Source: Gaiellales bacterium
GTDB lineage: Bacteria > Actinomycetota > Thermoleophilia > Gaiellales > JAICJC01
Length of the DNA: 64,000 bases
Direction of reading: 5' to 3'
NCBI GenBank assembly: GCA_036273515.1
Contig: DASUHM010000002.1
Coordinates: forward strand, 748 to 64,747
How positions within the stretch are numbered: position 1 is the first letter of the stretch; each line of letters begins with the position of its first letter. Position numbers and translations under genes: made by a program. Shown in pieces: positions 8,545 through 16,185 of this stretch. Under the pieces are notes generated by a model, which made no database searches, was not told the DNA's origin, and saw only the letters and a list, made by a program, of their open reading frames with translations.

Positions 8545-10971
8545 ATGCGCGGTCTCCGCGCGCTCGCAATCATGCTTCCGCTGCTCGTGCCCGCGGCCTT
8601 TCCGGCCTCGGCGCTGGCGCACGCCAGCCTGCTCCGCAGCGACCCGGCCGCGGGCAGCGTCGTCCCCCAGGCTCCCACGCAGATCGTGCTCCACTTCGAC
8701 GAGCCGGTGCAGGACGCGGGCAGCGCGGTCGTCTCGAGCACCGGCGCGTCGGTGCTGGCCGGCCACGCCCGGCTCGAGCACGGCGACTCGCGCGCGCTCG
8801 TCATCCCCTTGCGAACCGGCCTCGGCGACGGCGACTACACCGTCCGCTGGCGGGTCGTCTCGTCGGACGGGCACATCGTCTCGGGCGTCGTTGCGATCGG
8901 CGTCGGCCGCAACCGCCCTCCGCCGCAGGCGGCGACGACCCAGACCTCATCCCTCGACTGGCCGTTCCTGGCTGCCCGGTTCGCGTACTTCCTGGGGCTG
9001 ATGCTGCTCGTCGGCGGCGCGATCTACCGGGTGGCCGTGTTCCGGCCGGCCATCGCCGCCGTCACCGGCAAGCCGCGGGAGATGGCGGCGCTGCGCGAGG
9101 GGGCGCGGGCAAACTCGCTCCTGCTCGGCGCTGCGGCGCTGATGCTGGCGGGCGGCTGGGTCGCGCTCACGCGCGAGGGCGCCGAGGTGGCGGGCGTGTC
9201 GTTCTGGCAGGCGTTCAACCACCACGGCCCGATCGGCTCGGCGCTCGGGGCGACCCGGTTCGGGCGCGAGTTCGGCCGCGGGATCGACCTCGGCGCCGCG
9301 TTCTGCGTCGCCACGGCGGCGGCGTTCGCGGTCGCCCGCCGCAGCCGCGTGGCGGCGCTCGTCCTGGCCGTGCCGGCCGTCGCGCTGGGAGCGTGGGCGG
9401 TGATCGTGCCGGGACTCTCGGGGCACGCCGGCGATCCCGGGCTGGGACTTCCGGCGGTCGCCGTCGACGCCCTTCACACGCTCGCCGCGGCGGTCTGGAT
9501 CGGCGGCCTCGTCCAGCTCGTGCTGGTCACGCCCTACGCCACCCGCGGCCTGCCCGACGGCGAGCGCGGCCGCGTCCGCACGGACGCCACAACGCGCTTC
9601 TCGAAGATCGCGCTCGCGAGCGTCGCCGTGCTCGCGGCAACCGGGCTGGGACGAGCGCTCTGGGCCGTCTCCTCGCCCGCGCAGGTGTGGCAGACCGGCT
9701 ACGGCCGCGCCCTCGCCGTCAAGGCGGGCCTGCTCGCCTGCCTCGTCGCGCTCGGATATCTCAACCGCCGCCGGCTCTCGGCCTTCGAGGCGATCCGGCG
9801 CCGCGGCGCCGTCGAGATCGGACTGATGGCGGCGGTGCTGGCGGTCGTCGCGCTGCTCACCGACCTGCCGCCGGCGAACACGCCCGGCGTCGGATCGGCG
9901 GCGTCCGCTCCCGCCGGCGGGCCGGTCAGCCTGCGCCTGGCGGGTGGGGCGCGGCTCGCGCTGTGGCCCGGGTTCGCGGGCACGAACGCCGTCGACCTGC
10001 GGTTGCCGGGCGCCACCGAACCCACGATCAACATCCGGACGGCACGCAGCGGCGCGGTGCTGCGCCGCGCACCGGACGGCTCCTACGCCGGGCTGCTCAC
10101 GGCCCTGCCGCAGGGCCACATGCGCCTGCGCATCGAGTCCGGGCCGCGGCCGCTGACCGCCGACGTCACCCTCGGCGCGCCTTCGGGCGCACCGCCGGTG
10201 CCCGCCGCGCCCGCCGCGACCGGTGCGACGGCCGCCGCCGAGGCCTCCGACCTGGCCGTAGGCGGGCAGCGCGTCGGCCGGCATGCGCTGCGGCTGACGC
10301 TGCTCTCGCAGACCGGCGCGGCCGTGCCCGATGTGATCGTGCTCGTGAACGGCCACGTGGCCCTCCCGTGCCCCGGCTCACCTGGCGTCTGCTATCAGGC
10401 GCCAATTGGCGCGTCCGCGGCGCCGGTCGACGTCGTCGTCATCCGCCCCGGCGAGCCGAACGTCGACGCAACGCTCGACCTGCCCGGCGCCGACGCCCGC
10501 CCCGCTCCCGCGCTGCTGCGAGAGGCCGCCCGGGCGTTTGCCGCGCTCCACAGTCTGCGGGCCGAGAACGTGCTCTCCTCCGGGCCGGGACGGACGGTGG
10601 CGACGACGTACATCGTCCAGGCCCCCAACCGGCTGACCATCGACGTCCACGGCGGCGAGCACTCGCGGATCATCGGCACGACCCGGTGGGATCAGCTCGC
10701 GAGCGGCGGCTGGAAGCGCTCGTTCACGCCGGCCATCCGCCAGCCCGACCCGTTCTGGGCGCCCACTGCCGAGTCGGTCTACGTCGCCGGAGGCGACGCC
10801 AACACCGTCGAGCTGACGCTCGTCCAGCCCGGCGGGCCGACGTTCTTCCGCCTCTGGATCGATCGCCGCACCCACGTCGTCCGGCGGCTGCGGATGATCA
10901 CCGCCGCCCACTTCATGAGCGAGCGCGAGCTCGACCTGAACTCGGCGCCGCCGGTGCTGCCGCCGCGCTAG
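8545..10971 (+). CDS. CopC-CopD fusion copper-resistance/import protein with long C-terminal extracytoplasmic region
   Basis: 808-aa ORF. It has a signal peptide, then a CopC domain starting at AHASLLRSDPAAGSVV and including YTVRWRVVSSDGH. A multi-TM CopD-like region follows, then about 330 aa of non-membrane C-terminus. SD AGGAGG is upstream. Confidence 0.8.
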   Translation: MRGLRALAIMLPLLVPAAFPASALAHASLLRSDPAAGSVVPQAPTQIVLHFDEPVQDAGSAVVSSTGASVLAGHARLEHGDSRALVIPLRTGLGDGDYTVRWRVVSSDGHIVSGVVAIGVGRNRPPPQAATTQTSSLDWPFLAARFAYFLGLMLLVGGAIYRVAVFRPAIAAVTGKPREMAALREGARANSLLLGAAALMLAGGWVALTREGAEVAGVSFWQAFNHHGPIGSALGATRFGREFGRGIDLGAAFCVATAAAFAVARRSRVAALVLAVPAVALGAWAVIVPGLSGHAGDPGLGLPAVAVDALHTLAAAVWIGGLVQLVLVTPYATRGLPDGERGRVRTDATTRFSKIALASVAVLAATGLGRALWAVSSPAQVWQTGYGRALAVKAGLLACLVALGYLNRRRLSAFEAIRRRGAVEIGLMAAVLAVVALLTDLPPANTPGVGSAASAPAGGPVSLRLAGGARLALWPGFAGTNAVDLRLPGATEPTINIRTARSGAVLRRAPDGSYAGLLTALPQGHMRLRIESGPRPLTADVTLGAPSGAPPVPAAPAATGATAAAEASDLAVGGQRVGRHALRLTLLSQTGAAVPDVIVLVNGHVALPCPGSPGVCYQAPIGASAAPVDVVVIRPGEPNVDATLDLPGADARPAPALLREAARAFAALHSLRAENVLSSGPGRTVATTYIVQAPNRLTIDVHGGEHSRIIGTTRWDQLASGGWKRSFTPAIRQPDPFWAPTAESVYVAGGDANTVELTLVQPGGPTFFRLWIDRRTHVVRRLRMITAAHFMSERELDLNSAPPVLPPR

Positions 10972-11459
10972 TGGCCGAGTCCGGCGACCGCCGCCGTCAG
11001 CGCGATCGCCCACACGCCCACGGCCGTTCCCGCGGATGCCGCCCGCGGCCATCTGCGCACGAGAAGCCCCGACACGAGTGTCGCGGCAACGAGGAAGGCG
11101 ATCAAGCGGCCGGCCACGAGCCCCTCCTCCGACATTCGCCGTAGATACGGCGCGTAGTAGGGGTCGTACGAGTAGAACCGCGCAACGAGGAACGCCGAGG
11201 CGGCGGCACCCGCCGCCGGCACGGCCAGCCTGCCCCACCCGTTCCAGCGGCGCCCGCCCACGGCCGCCGCCAGAAGCAGTCCGCCCGCCAGCAGGAGCGC
11301 AAGGAGCGCGAGCGGGACGATCGCCGTCGCGCCGGCCGGCGCGTCGCCGGGCCGCGGCCCGAGGCCGATCACGCCGAGGGCGACGAGAAGCTCGTACGCC
11401 GCTCCGGCCGCGGCCACCCCGATCGCGGCGAGAAGGATCCGGCGCTTCATCGCTTTCAT
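10968..11459 (-). CDS. Hypothetical integral membrane protein
   Basis: 163-aa ORF with about 5 hydrophobic segments. TAGCAT lies 7 nt upstream of the ATG. Its stop overlaps the copCD stop in CTAG (10968-10971). Confidence 0.6.
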   Translation of the reverse strand: MKAMKRRILLAAIGVAAAGAAYELLVALGVIGLGPRPGDAPAGATAIVPLALLALLLAGGLLLAAAVGGRRWNGWGRLAVPAAGAAASAFLVARFYSYDPYYAPYLRRMSEEGLVAGRLIAFLVAATLVSGLLVRRWPRAASAGTAVGVWAIALTAAVAGLGH

Positions 11460-11466
11460 AGCTCAC

Positions 11467-11472
11467 ATGCTA
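11467..11472 (-). promoter_or_regulatory. -10 box TAGCAT, 7 nt upstream of ATG 11459 (leaderless candidate)
   Basis: The minus strand reads TAGCAT gtgagct ATG. Confidence 0.4.
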
Positions 11473-11514
11473 TATCGCTGCCCCCCACCGCGCAAGCCCG
11501 TCGCCGCGCCCGGG

Positions 11515-11520
11515 TACGAT
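11515..11520 (+). promoter_or_regulatory. -10 box TACGAT, 7 nt upstream of ATG 11528 (leaderless candidate)
   Basis: Sequence is TACGAT ccccgcg ATG. Confidence 0.4.
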
Positions 11521-11527
11521 CCCCGCG

Positions 11528-11857
11528 ATGCCCGCCACCCTCGTCGAACAGTGGGACGCGATCGTCGCCGCCCAGCCGTCGGACTGGTCGTCGCTCTTCC
11601 TCGAGCTGCGCCTGCGCGACGCCGTCCAGGCCGAGGAGTGCGCCCTCGTCATGTCGCCGCTCAACCCGTGGCACGAGGGCGACTGGCGCAGCGGCGTCTT
11701 CCGCTTCCGCGCCGCCCACACCTACGGCTACGGCGCGGCCGCGCAGCTCGTGCGAAAGCGCCTCGGCACCCTGGACGAGGTGGGCATCGTCGCCAATCTG
11801 CGGCTGGAGCGGCGTCTCGCGGACGTCCGCCCCGTCTCGACGCAGGGCGTCACCTAG
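11528..11857 (+). CDS. Hypothetical protein (109 aa)
   Basis: ORF with balanced composition (MPATLVEQWDAIVAAQPSDWSSLFLELRLRD...). I recognise no family. Confidence 0.5.
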   Translation: MPATLVEQWDAIVAAQPSDWSSLFLELRLRDAVQAEECALVMSPLNPWHEGDWRSGVFRFRAAHTYGYGAAAQLVRKRLGTLDEVGIVANLRLERRLADVRPVSTQGVT

Positions 11858-12026
11858 ATGATTGATCGGTAAGTCCCGCGCGCCTGGACGCACGACGGCT
11901 GGTGATCAGGCGAAGCGCTGGTGGCGCTGCGGCGTTGCGGATCCGGTCGGGCTTCCACACCTGCATGACCGGACGGCTGTCAAGACCCCCCTTCTACCTT
12001 GACGCTGCGGAGCGGCGGCGTACTGT

Positions 12027-12695
12027 ATGCAAAGACCAATGAGCGCCAGTTCGCCGAACGGACGCCTGGAGATCCAGAGCGTCGTGGATCATGTCTACAC
12101 CGCCCTGCGCGAGCGGATCCTCGCCGGCGACCTGCCTCGCGCGTCGAAGCTGCGACAGGTCTCGCTCGCCGAGGAGATGGGCGTGTCGCGGACGCCGCTG
12201 CGCGAGGCGCTGCGGCGGCTGGCGGCCGAGGGGCTGGTCGACTTCTCGCCCAACCGCGGCGCGACCGTGTCTGAGCTCGACTTCGGCGACATGCGCCACG
12301 CCTGGGCGGCGCGGGTCGCGCTCGAGCCGGGGGCGGCCCGCCTGGCGGCCGAGCGGCGCGACCCGGACGGGATCGCGGCGATGCGCGACGCCATCGCCGT
12401 GCAGCGGGGCGCCGACGGCGAGCGGGGCCAGAGCTTCGCCGCCAACCGCGCGTTCCACCTGGCGCTGGCCGCCGCATCCGGCAACCCCCACCTCACCCGC
12501 TTCGCCGAGATGCTGTGGGTGCCGCGCATCGGCGTCCCGATCTACGCCGCCCAGGCGGCCGAGCCGGCCGGGCCCTCGGCCTGGGCTGACGAGCACGAGC
12601 GGATCGCCGACGCGATCGAGCAGGGCGACGCCGACGCGGCCGAGCGGCTCACGCGGGCGCACGTCGCGGCGCACCCGCCTGTCCCCCGCTCGTAG
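12027..12695 (+). CDS. GntR-family transcriptional regulator (FadR/FCD subfamily)
   Basis: 222-aa ORF. The wHTH reads LRQVSLAEEMGVSRTPLREALRRLAAEGLVDFSPNRGATV, followed by a helical FCD-like C-terminal domain. An alternative ATG lies at 12039. TTGACG-16-TACTGT lies immediately upstream. Confidence 0.85.
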   Translation: MQRPMSASSPNGRLEIQSVVDHVYTALRERILAGDLPRASKLRQVSLAEEMGVSRTPLREALRRLAAEGLVDFSPNRGATVSELDFGDMRHAWAARVALEPGAARLAAERRDPDGIAAMRDAIAVQRGADGERGQSFAANRAFHLALAAASGNPHLTRFAEMLWVPRIGVPIYAAQAAEPAGPSAWADEHERIADAIEQGDADAAERLTRAHVAAHPPVPRS

Positions 12696-12927
12696 CGCGG
12701 CCGCCGGCCGCCTCCCGCGCGAGGTCGAGCGCGATCTGCGGAACGGCGGCTCCTCGCCCCACCATCCGTTCCAGGGCGAGTCGCCCCACGCCCCCCGGCC
12801 CGCCGTCGAACATGTTCCGGCCCATGAGGATCGCGCCGCCGACGCCGAGCGGGTGCTGCGGGCGCTGATCGGGACCGGCGACGAACCCGTCGAGAGAGAT
12901 CGACGCCGAGTACCGGAGCAGGCTCAT
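12649..12927 (-). pseudogene. Remnant of a RibD-C / dihydrofolate-reductase-family gene
   Basis: The first ~48 codons read MSLLRYSASISLDGFVAGPD..HPLGVGGAILMGRNMFDGGPG. These are two conserved blocks of the family joined without the ~50-60 aa that normally separate them. The frame then degenerates into Ala/Gly/Arg sequence and overlaps the GntR 3' end. Confidence 0.45.
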
Positions 12928-12976
12928 CGCAGGTGGAGACCGGCGGGCGAGGAACTCATCGGGCGGGTGTTGCCTC

Positions 12977-12982
12977 TAGGAT
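12977..12982 (+). promoter_or_regulatory. -10 box TAGGAT, 8 nt upstream of ATG 12991
   Basis: Sequence is TAGGAT cacccgcc ATG. Confidence 0.4.
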
Positions 12983-12990
12983 CACCCGCC

Positions 12991-13827
12991 ATGCGCGCGA
13001 TGCGACTCGGCGTGGCCGTGTGGCTCACCGACACGGGCGTCGGCATCACGGAACTCGCGCGCATCGTCGAGGACGCCGGGCTCGAGTCGCTGTTCCTCAC
13101 GGAGCACAGCCACGTCCCGGCCAGCCGGGTCGACCTGATCGCGGGCGACCGGCCGGGCGAGGACGCGCGGCTGCTCGACCAGTTCACCGCGCTCGGCGCG
13201 GCCGCGGCCTGCACGACCCGGCTGCGCCTGGGGACCGGCATCTGCATCGTGCCCCAGCACGACCCGATCGCCCTCGCGAAGCAGGTCGCGACGATCGACC
13301 ACATCTCGGGCGGGCGCTTCCTCTTCGGCGTCGGCGCCGGCTGGCTCGTCGAGGAGCTGCGAAACCACGGCGTCGATCCGGCGACGCGGTGGGCGCTGAT
13401 GGAGGAGCAGATCCTCGCGATGAAGGCGATCTGGACGACTGACGAGGCGGAGTTTCACGGCAACCACGTCGACTTCGACCGGATCTGGTGCTGGCCGAAG
13501 CCCGTCCAGGAGCCGCATCCGCCCCTCATCGTGGGCGGCGACTCGGCCCGCAGCCTGCGGCTGGCCGCGCTCCACGGCGACGCCTGGGGGCCGGTCGTCG
13601 ACGAGGTGGGCGAGTTCGAGCGCGGCCTGGCCGAGTGGCGCCGCCTGCGGGCGGAGGCGGGGCTCGGGCCCGGCGACGTGACCGTGTTCGCGTTCGACCT
13701 GGACGGGGAGCGGTTGGCCCGGTTTGCCGAGCTGGGTGTCGGCCGGATCGTCGTGCAGGTTCCGATCGGCGACGCGGAGGTGCTGCGGCGGCGGCTCGCC
13801 GACCTTGCCGCGCTGGCACCGGCGTAG
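12991..13827 (+). CDS. LLM-class (luciferase-like) F420-dependent oxidoreductase
   Basis: ATG at 12991 inside ORF 12091..13827 gives MRAMRLGVAVWLTDTGVGITELARIVEDAGLESLFLTEHSHVP ... ISGGRFLFGVGAGW, which are typical LLM motifs. Confidence 0.8.
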   Translation: MRAMRLGVAVWLTDTGVGITELARIVEDAGLESLFLTEHSHVPASRVDLIAGDRPGEDARLLDQFTALGAAAACTTRLRLGTGICIVPQHDPIALAKQVATIDHISGGRFLFGVGAGWLVEELRNHGVDPATRWALMEEQILAMKAIWTTDEAEFHGNHVDFDRIWCWPKPVQEPHPPLIVGGDSARSLRLAALHGDAWGPVVDEVGEFERGLAEWRRLRAEAGLGPGDVTVFAFDLDGERLARFAELGVGRIVVQVPIGDAEVLRRRLADLAALAPA

Positions 13828-13841
13828 CCCGGACCAGGGCA

Positions 13842-13871
13842 GCGGGCGGGCCTCCGAGGAAGTCCGCCCGC
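13842..13871. terminator. GC hairpin GCGGGCGG-N14-CCGCCCGC between convergent genes
   Basis: 8-bp perfect stem read from the sequence, with no U-tract. It is adjacent to the REP-like copy at 13878. Confidence 0.35.
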
Positions 13872-13877
13872 AGGGTC

Positions 13878-13890
13878 GGGGTCAGACCCC
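13878..13890. repeat. GGGGTCAGACCCC palindrome overlapping the stop codon of ORF 13882..14247
   Basis: On the minus strand, the last codons GGG GTC TGA of the ORF lie inside the repeat. Confidence 0.8.
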
Positions 13891-14247
13891 TAGCGCCATC
13901 CGCCGGCGGCCGCGGAGGCCGATGGCCCCGGCGCCGACGAGGACGATCGACACGATGAAGCCCGCGCCGATCAGGGCGGACGTCCAGTCGAACGAGCTGT
14001 GAGTCACGGTCTTCGTGGTCGCGACCGGGACCTGGTGGATGTTCGTCACCTGCGCGAGCGTGCCGACCTTGTCAGCGCGGTCGGGCGAGAGCCGGACGTT
14101 GGTGTCCACCGACCGGTACGTGCCCTGATAGCCGGAAGCCGTCGAGGTGACGGGCTTGACGATGGCGAGCGGCTTGGCGGACGCAACCGGGGCGGCGACG
14201 GCGAGGACCGCGGCAGCCACGATGAGGGAGCGAGTCATGCGGAACAT
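13882..14247 (-). CDS. Secreted protein with C-terminal TM anchor and Arg-rich tail
   Basis: I chose the ATG at 14247 because SD GGAAGGA lies 7 nt upstream. The product is MFRMTRSLIVAAAVLAVAAPVASA (signal peptide), then a ~70-aa domain, then FDWTSALIGAGFIVSIVLVGAGAIGLRGRRR (sorting-signal-like tail). Confidence 0.55.
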   Translation of the reverse strand: MFRMTRSLIVAAAVLAVAAPVASAKPLAIVKPVTSTASGYQGTYRSVDTNVRLSPDRADKVGTLAQVTNIHQVPVATTKTVTHSSFDWTSALIGAGFIVSIVLVGAGAIGLRGRRRMALGV

Positions 14248-14361
14248 GTCTGGATCCTTCCGGGTGTGAGGGGAAAACATGGCCGCAGGCTACGGACGCG
14301 CGGTCACGCGTTCCACATCGCCCGATCCGGACGACGTGTGACGACGATCACACACGCGAGA

Positions 14362-14664
14362 TCAGGCCGGCGCGTTGCTCAGAACGTCGCCGAGCGCATA
14401 CATCGAGGAGCCCGACAGACCTCCCCGCGCGGTACCCGAGCAGGTCACCGTCGTCGATCCGCCGTTCACGTAGCCCGTCCAGCCGCAGGTGATGTGCGTC
14501 GCGCCCTGACGCTTCAGGTCGGCGGTGAGCCGGCGCATCTCGAGGGCGATGGGCGACGCATGATGGTGAGGCTTGCTGTCCCGGGCGACGATGAAGGCAC
14601 CCAGCGGGATGCCGACCAGCACGAGCACGACCACGAGGACGCTGCCGGCAGACGAGCGGGTCAC
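14362..14664 (-). CDS. Small N-terminally anchored protein with a 2-Cys extracytoplasmic domain (DUF4333-like pattern)
   Basis: GTG at 14664 inside ORF 14362..14985 gives VTRSSAGSVLVVVLVLVGIPLGAFIVARD (TM segment), followed by ...GATHITCGWTGYVNGGSTTVTCSG. Confidence 0.4.
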   Translation of the reverse strand: MTRSSAGSVLVVVLVLVGIPLGAFIVARDSKPHHHASPIALEMRRLTADLKRQGATHITCGWTGYVNGGSTTVTCSGTARGGLSGSSMYALGDVLSNAPA

Positions 14665-14765
14665 GTCGGCTTGGGAGCGACCACACGACGTGCATGGTCG
14701 GTGACGCGATCCAGGTTCACTGGACCGAGTATCTCGCCGGGTCGGCTGCCCGGCAACCGAAGGGA

Positions 14766-15437
14766 TCAGCCGTTCGCTGCGGTCGGCGCGAACCTCGCCG
14801 CCAGGTCTTCGGAGATCGCGACCGCGGTGTCGGGCGAGAATGTGGCCGCCGGGCCGATGACGATGAGCTCGTACGGGCCTTGCAGCCAGGTCACGCTCGT
14901 CGGACCATCGGGTCCGGCCAGCAGCGCACCTTGGATGCCTGGCTGGAGCTTCACCAGACGGTGGTCGGTACATGATGCGGCGCACACGGACGGGATCCCG
15001 TCGATGAACGACTGGTCGAGCTCGCCGTCGGGGTGCTTCGACTCGCGCACCCGAAAGGGGCCGTACGGCGACGAACCGTCGTACTCCTCGACGATCTCCG
15101 TCTCGCCGGCGGGGTAGTCGGCCGGCTTCGAGACGAACACACCCATCGGCGCGCCGGCGTCCGCCGGAAACGCCGCCGCGAAGGGCAGCGCGGACGCCGG
15201 CGGAATCGTCCGTTGCGCGACCTCCTTCATCCCATCAAAGGACTTCATCGGGAACGCCATCCGCTCGCCGTCGCCGCCCGGCGTCACCGTCATCGCGGGT
15301 ACGGAGCCGCCTTCGCTGGCCGTCGAGGCATGAGGGTTCGCACCGGAGCCTTCCTGCATGGCGGCGCCGCAGGCCGTCGCCCCCAGGGCGACGAGCCCGA
15401 GCACCGCAGCTTTCCGGACACCGGGCCACGAGCTCAT
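14766..15437 (-). CDS. Probable lipoprotein, function unknown
   Basis: 223-aa ORF starting MSSWPGVRKAAVLGLVALGATAC (signal plus Cys). An ECF-type promoter lies immediately upstream. Confidence 0.6.
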   Translation of the reverse strand: MSSWPGVRKAAVLGLVALGATACGAAMQEGSGANPHASTASEGGSVPAMTVTPGGDGERMAFPMKSFDGMKEVAQRTIPPASALPFAAAFPADAGAPMGVFVSKPADYPAGETEIVEEYDGSSPYGPFRVRESKHPDGELDQSFIDGIPSVCAASCTDHRLVKLQPGIQGALLAGPDGPTSVTWLQGPYELIVIGPAATFSPDTAVAISEDLAARFAPTAANG

Positions 15438-15441
15438 GTGG

Positions 15442-15470
15442 ATTAGACGGCTGTCGAGGCGACGAAGTTC
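15442..15470 (-). promoter_or_regulatory. ECF-sigma-type promoter GAACTT-N15-CGTCTAAT, 4 nt before ATG 15437
   Basis: The minus strand reads gccGAACTTCGTcgcctcgacagCCGTCTAATCcacATG. It is almost identical to the element at 15832-15859. Confidence 0.55.
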
Positions 15471-15533
15471 GGCAGAGAACCGTGTCAGCTCGGTTCCGGC
15501 GGCGGACGTCCAGCAGCGCCCGACATGGCTCCA

Positions 15534-15827
15534 CTAACCCTCACAGACGACAGTCTCGTGGCGGATGTTCATGGACCCCAACACGTTGACGAAGACCTGT
15601 CGACAGGCGGGGTCGTCACCCCATCGTGCGCTGACGCAGTTCCATCTCGTCCCATTCCCGGTCTGCGCAAAGCACCTGATTCGGGCGCCTCGCCGTCCGA
15701 ACTCGCGGTAGACCGCCCGGGTCACCTGGGCCTGAGTCGCCCGCTGCCGGTACTCGAACGCCCAGAAGAGCGCCGTGAACCCGACCACGAGGGCCGCGAT
15801 CGCGATCAGCGGGACGAGCTTCCGCAT
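15534..15827 (-). CDS. Small N-terminally anchored 4-Cys protein
   Basis: 97-aa ORF starting MRKLVPLIAIAALVVGFTALFWAF (TM segment), followed by a domain with four Cys. An ECF-type promoter lies immediately upstream. Confidence 0.55.
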   Translation of the reverse strand: MRKLVPLIAIAALVVGFTALFWAFEYRQRATQAQVTRAVYREFGRRGARIRCFAQTGNGTRWNCVSARWGDDPACRQVFVNVLGSMNIRHETVVCEG

Positions 15828-15831
15828 ACCG

Positions 15832-15859
15832 ATTAGACGGTCGCCGGTCTACGAAGTTC
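15832..15859 (-). promoter_or_regulatory. ECF-sigma-type promoter GAACTT-N14-CGTCTAAT, 4 nt before ATG 15827
   Basis: The minus strand reads gccGAACTTCGTagaccggcgaCCGTCTAATCggtATG. Confidence 0.55.
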
Positions 15860-16181
15860 GGCCGCCGGAGCGATCCTCGCGGGAACCCGGCCGCGGTTCC
15901 CAGATGACCGGCGGGTGCCAGAGATACGCGAGCAACGCCGTGGCGCAGAGGATCACGACGCCGGCGACGGCGAGCAGGAGCGCGAGCTGCAGATGCGGAT
16001 GGGTCGGCGGCGGCAGATCACACGCGCCCCGGTACGGCCCACATGCGAGCCGGTGCGTCCGGAGCGCGTTGTAGGCGGCGAGCGCGAGCACTCCAAGGCC
16101 GGTCACCGTCGCGAGGCGAATCAGCCAGGTTCTGGTTGCATCCACTCCCACCAACCCTACCGGGCTCTCGCGGAGGGTCAA
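15849..16181 (-). CDS. Hypothetical membrane protein (2 TM)
   Basis: 110-aa ORF with a TTG start, 5 nt after the nif3 stop. It has two hydrophobic segments flanking a Cys-containing loop. Confidence 0.45.
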   Translation of the reverse strand: MTLRESPVGLVGVDATRTWLIRLATVTGLGVLALAAYNALRTHRLACGPYRGACDLPPPTHPHLQLALLLAVAGVVILCATALLAYLWHPPVIWEPRPGSREDRSGGRTS

Positions 16182-16185
16182 ACGA

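Noticed and set aside
8514-11144. 876-aa plus-strand ORF overlapping copCD in another frame
   Set aside because: The translation is extremely Arg/Pro/Ala/Gly-rich. The 8545..10971 frame carries the signal peptide, CopC motifs and TM helices.
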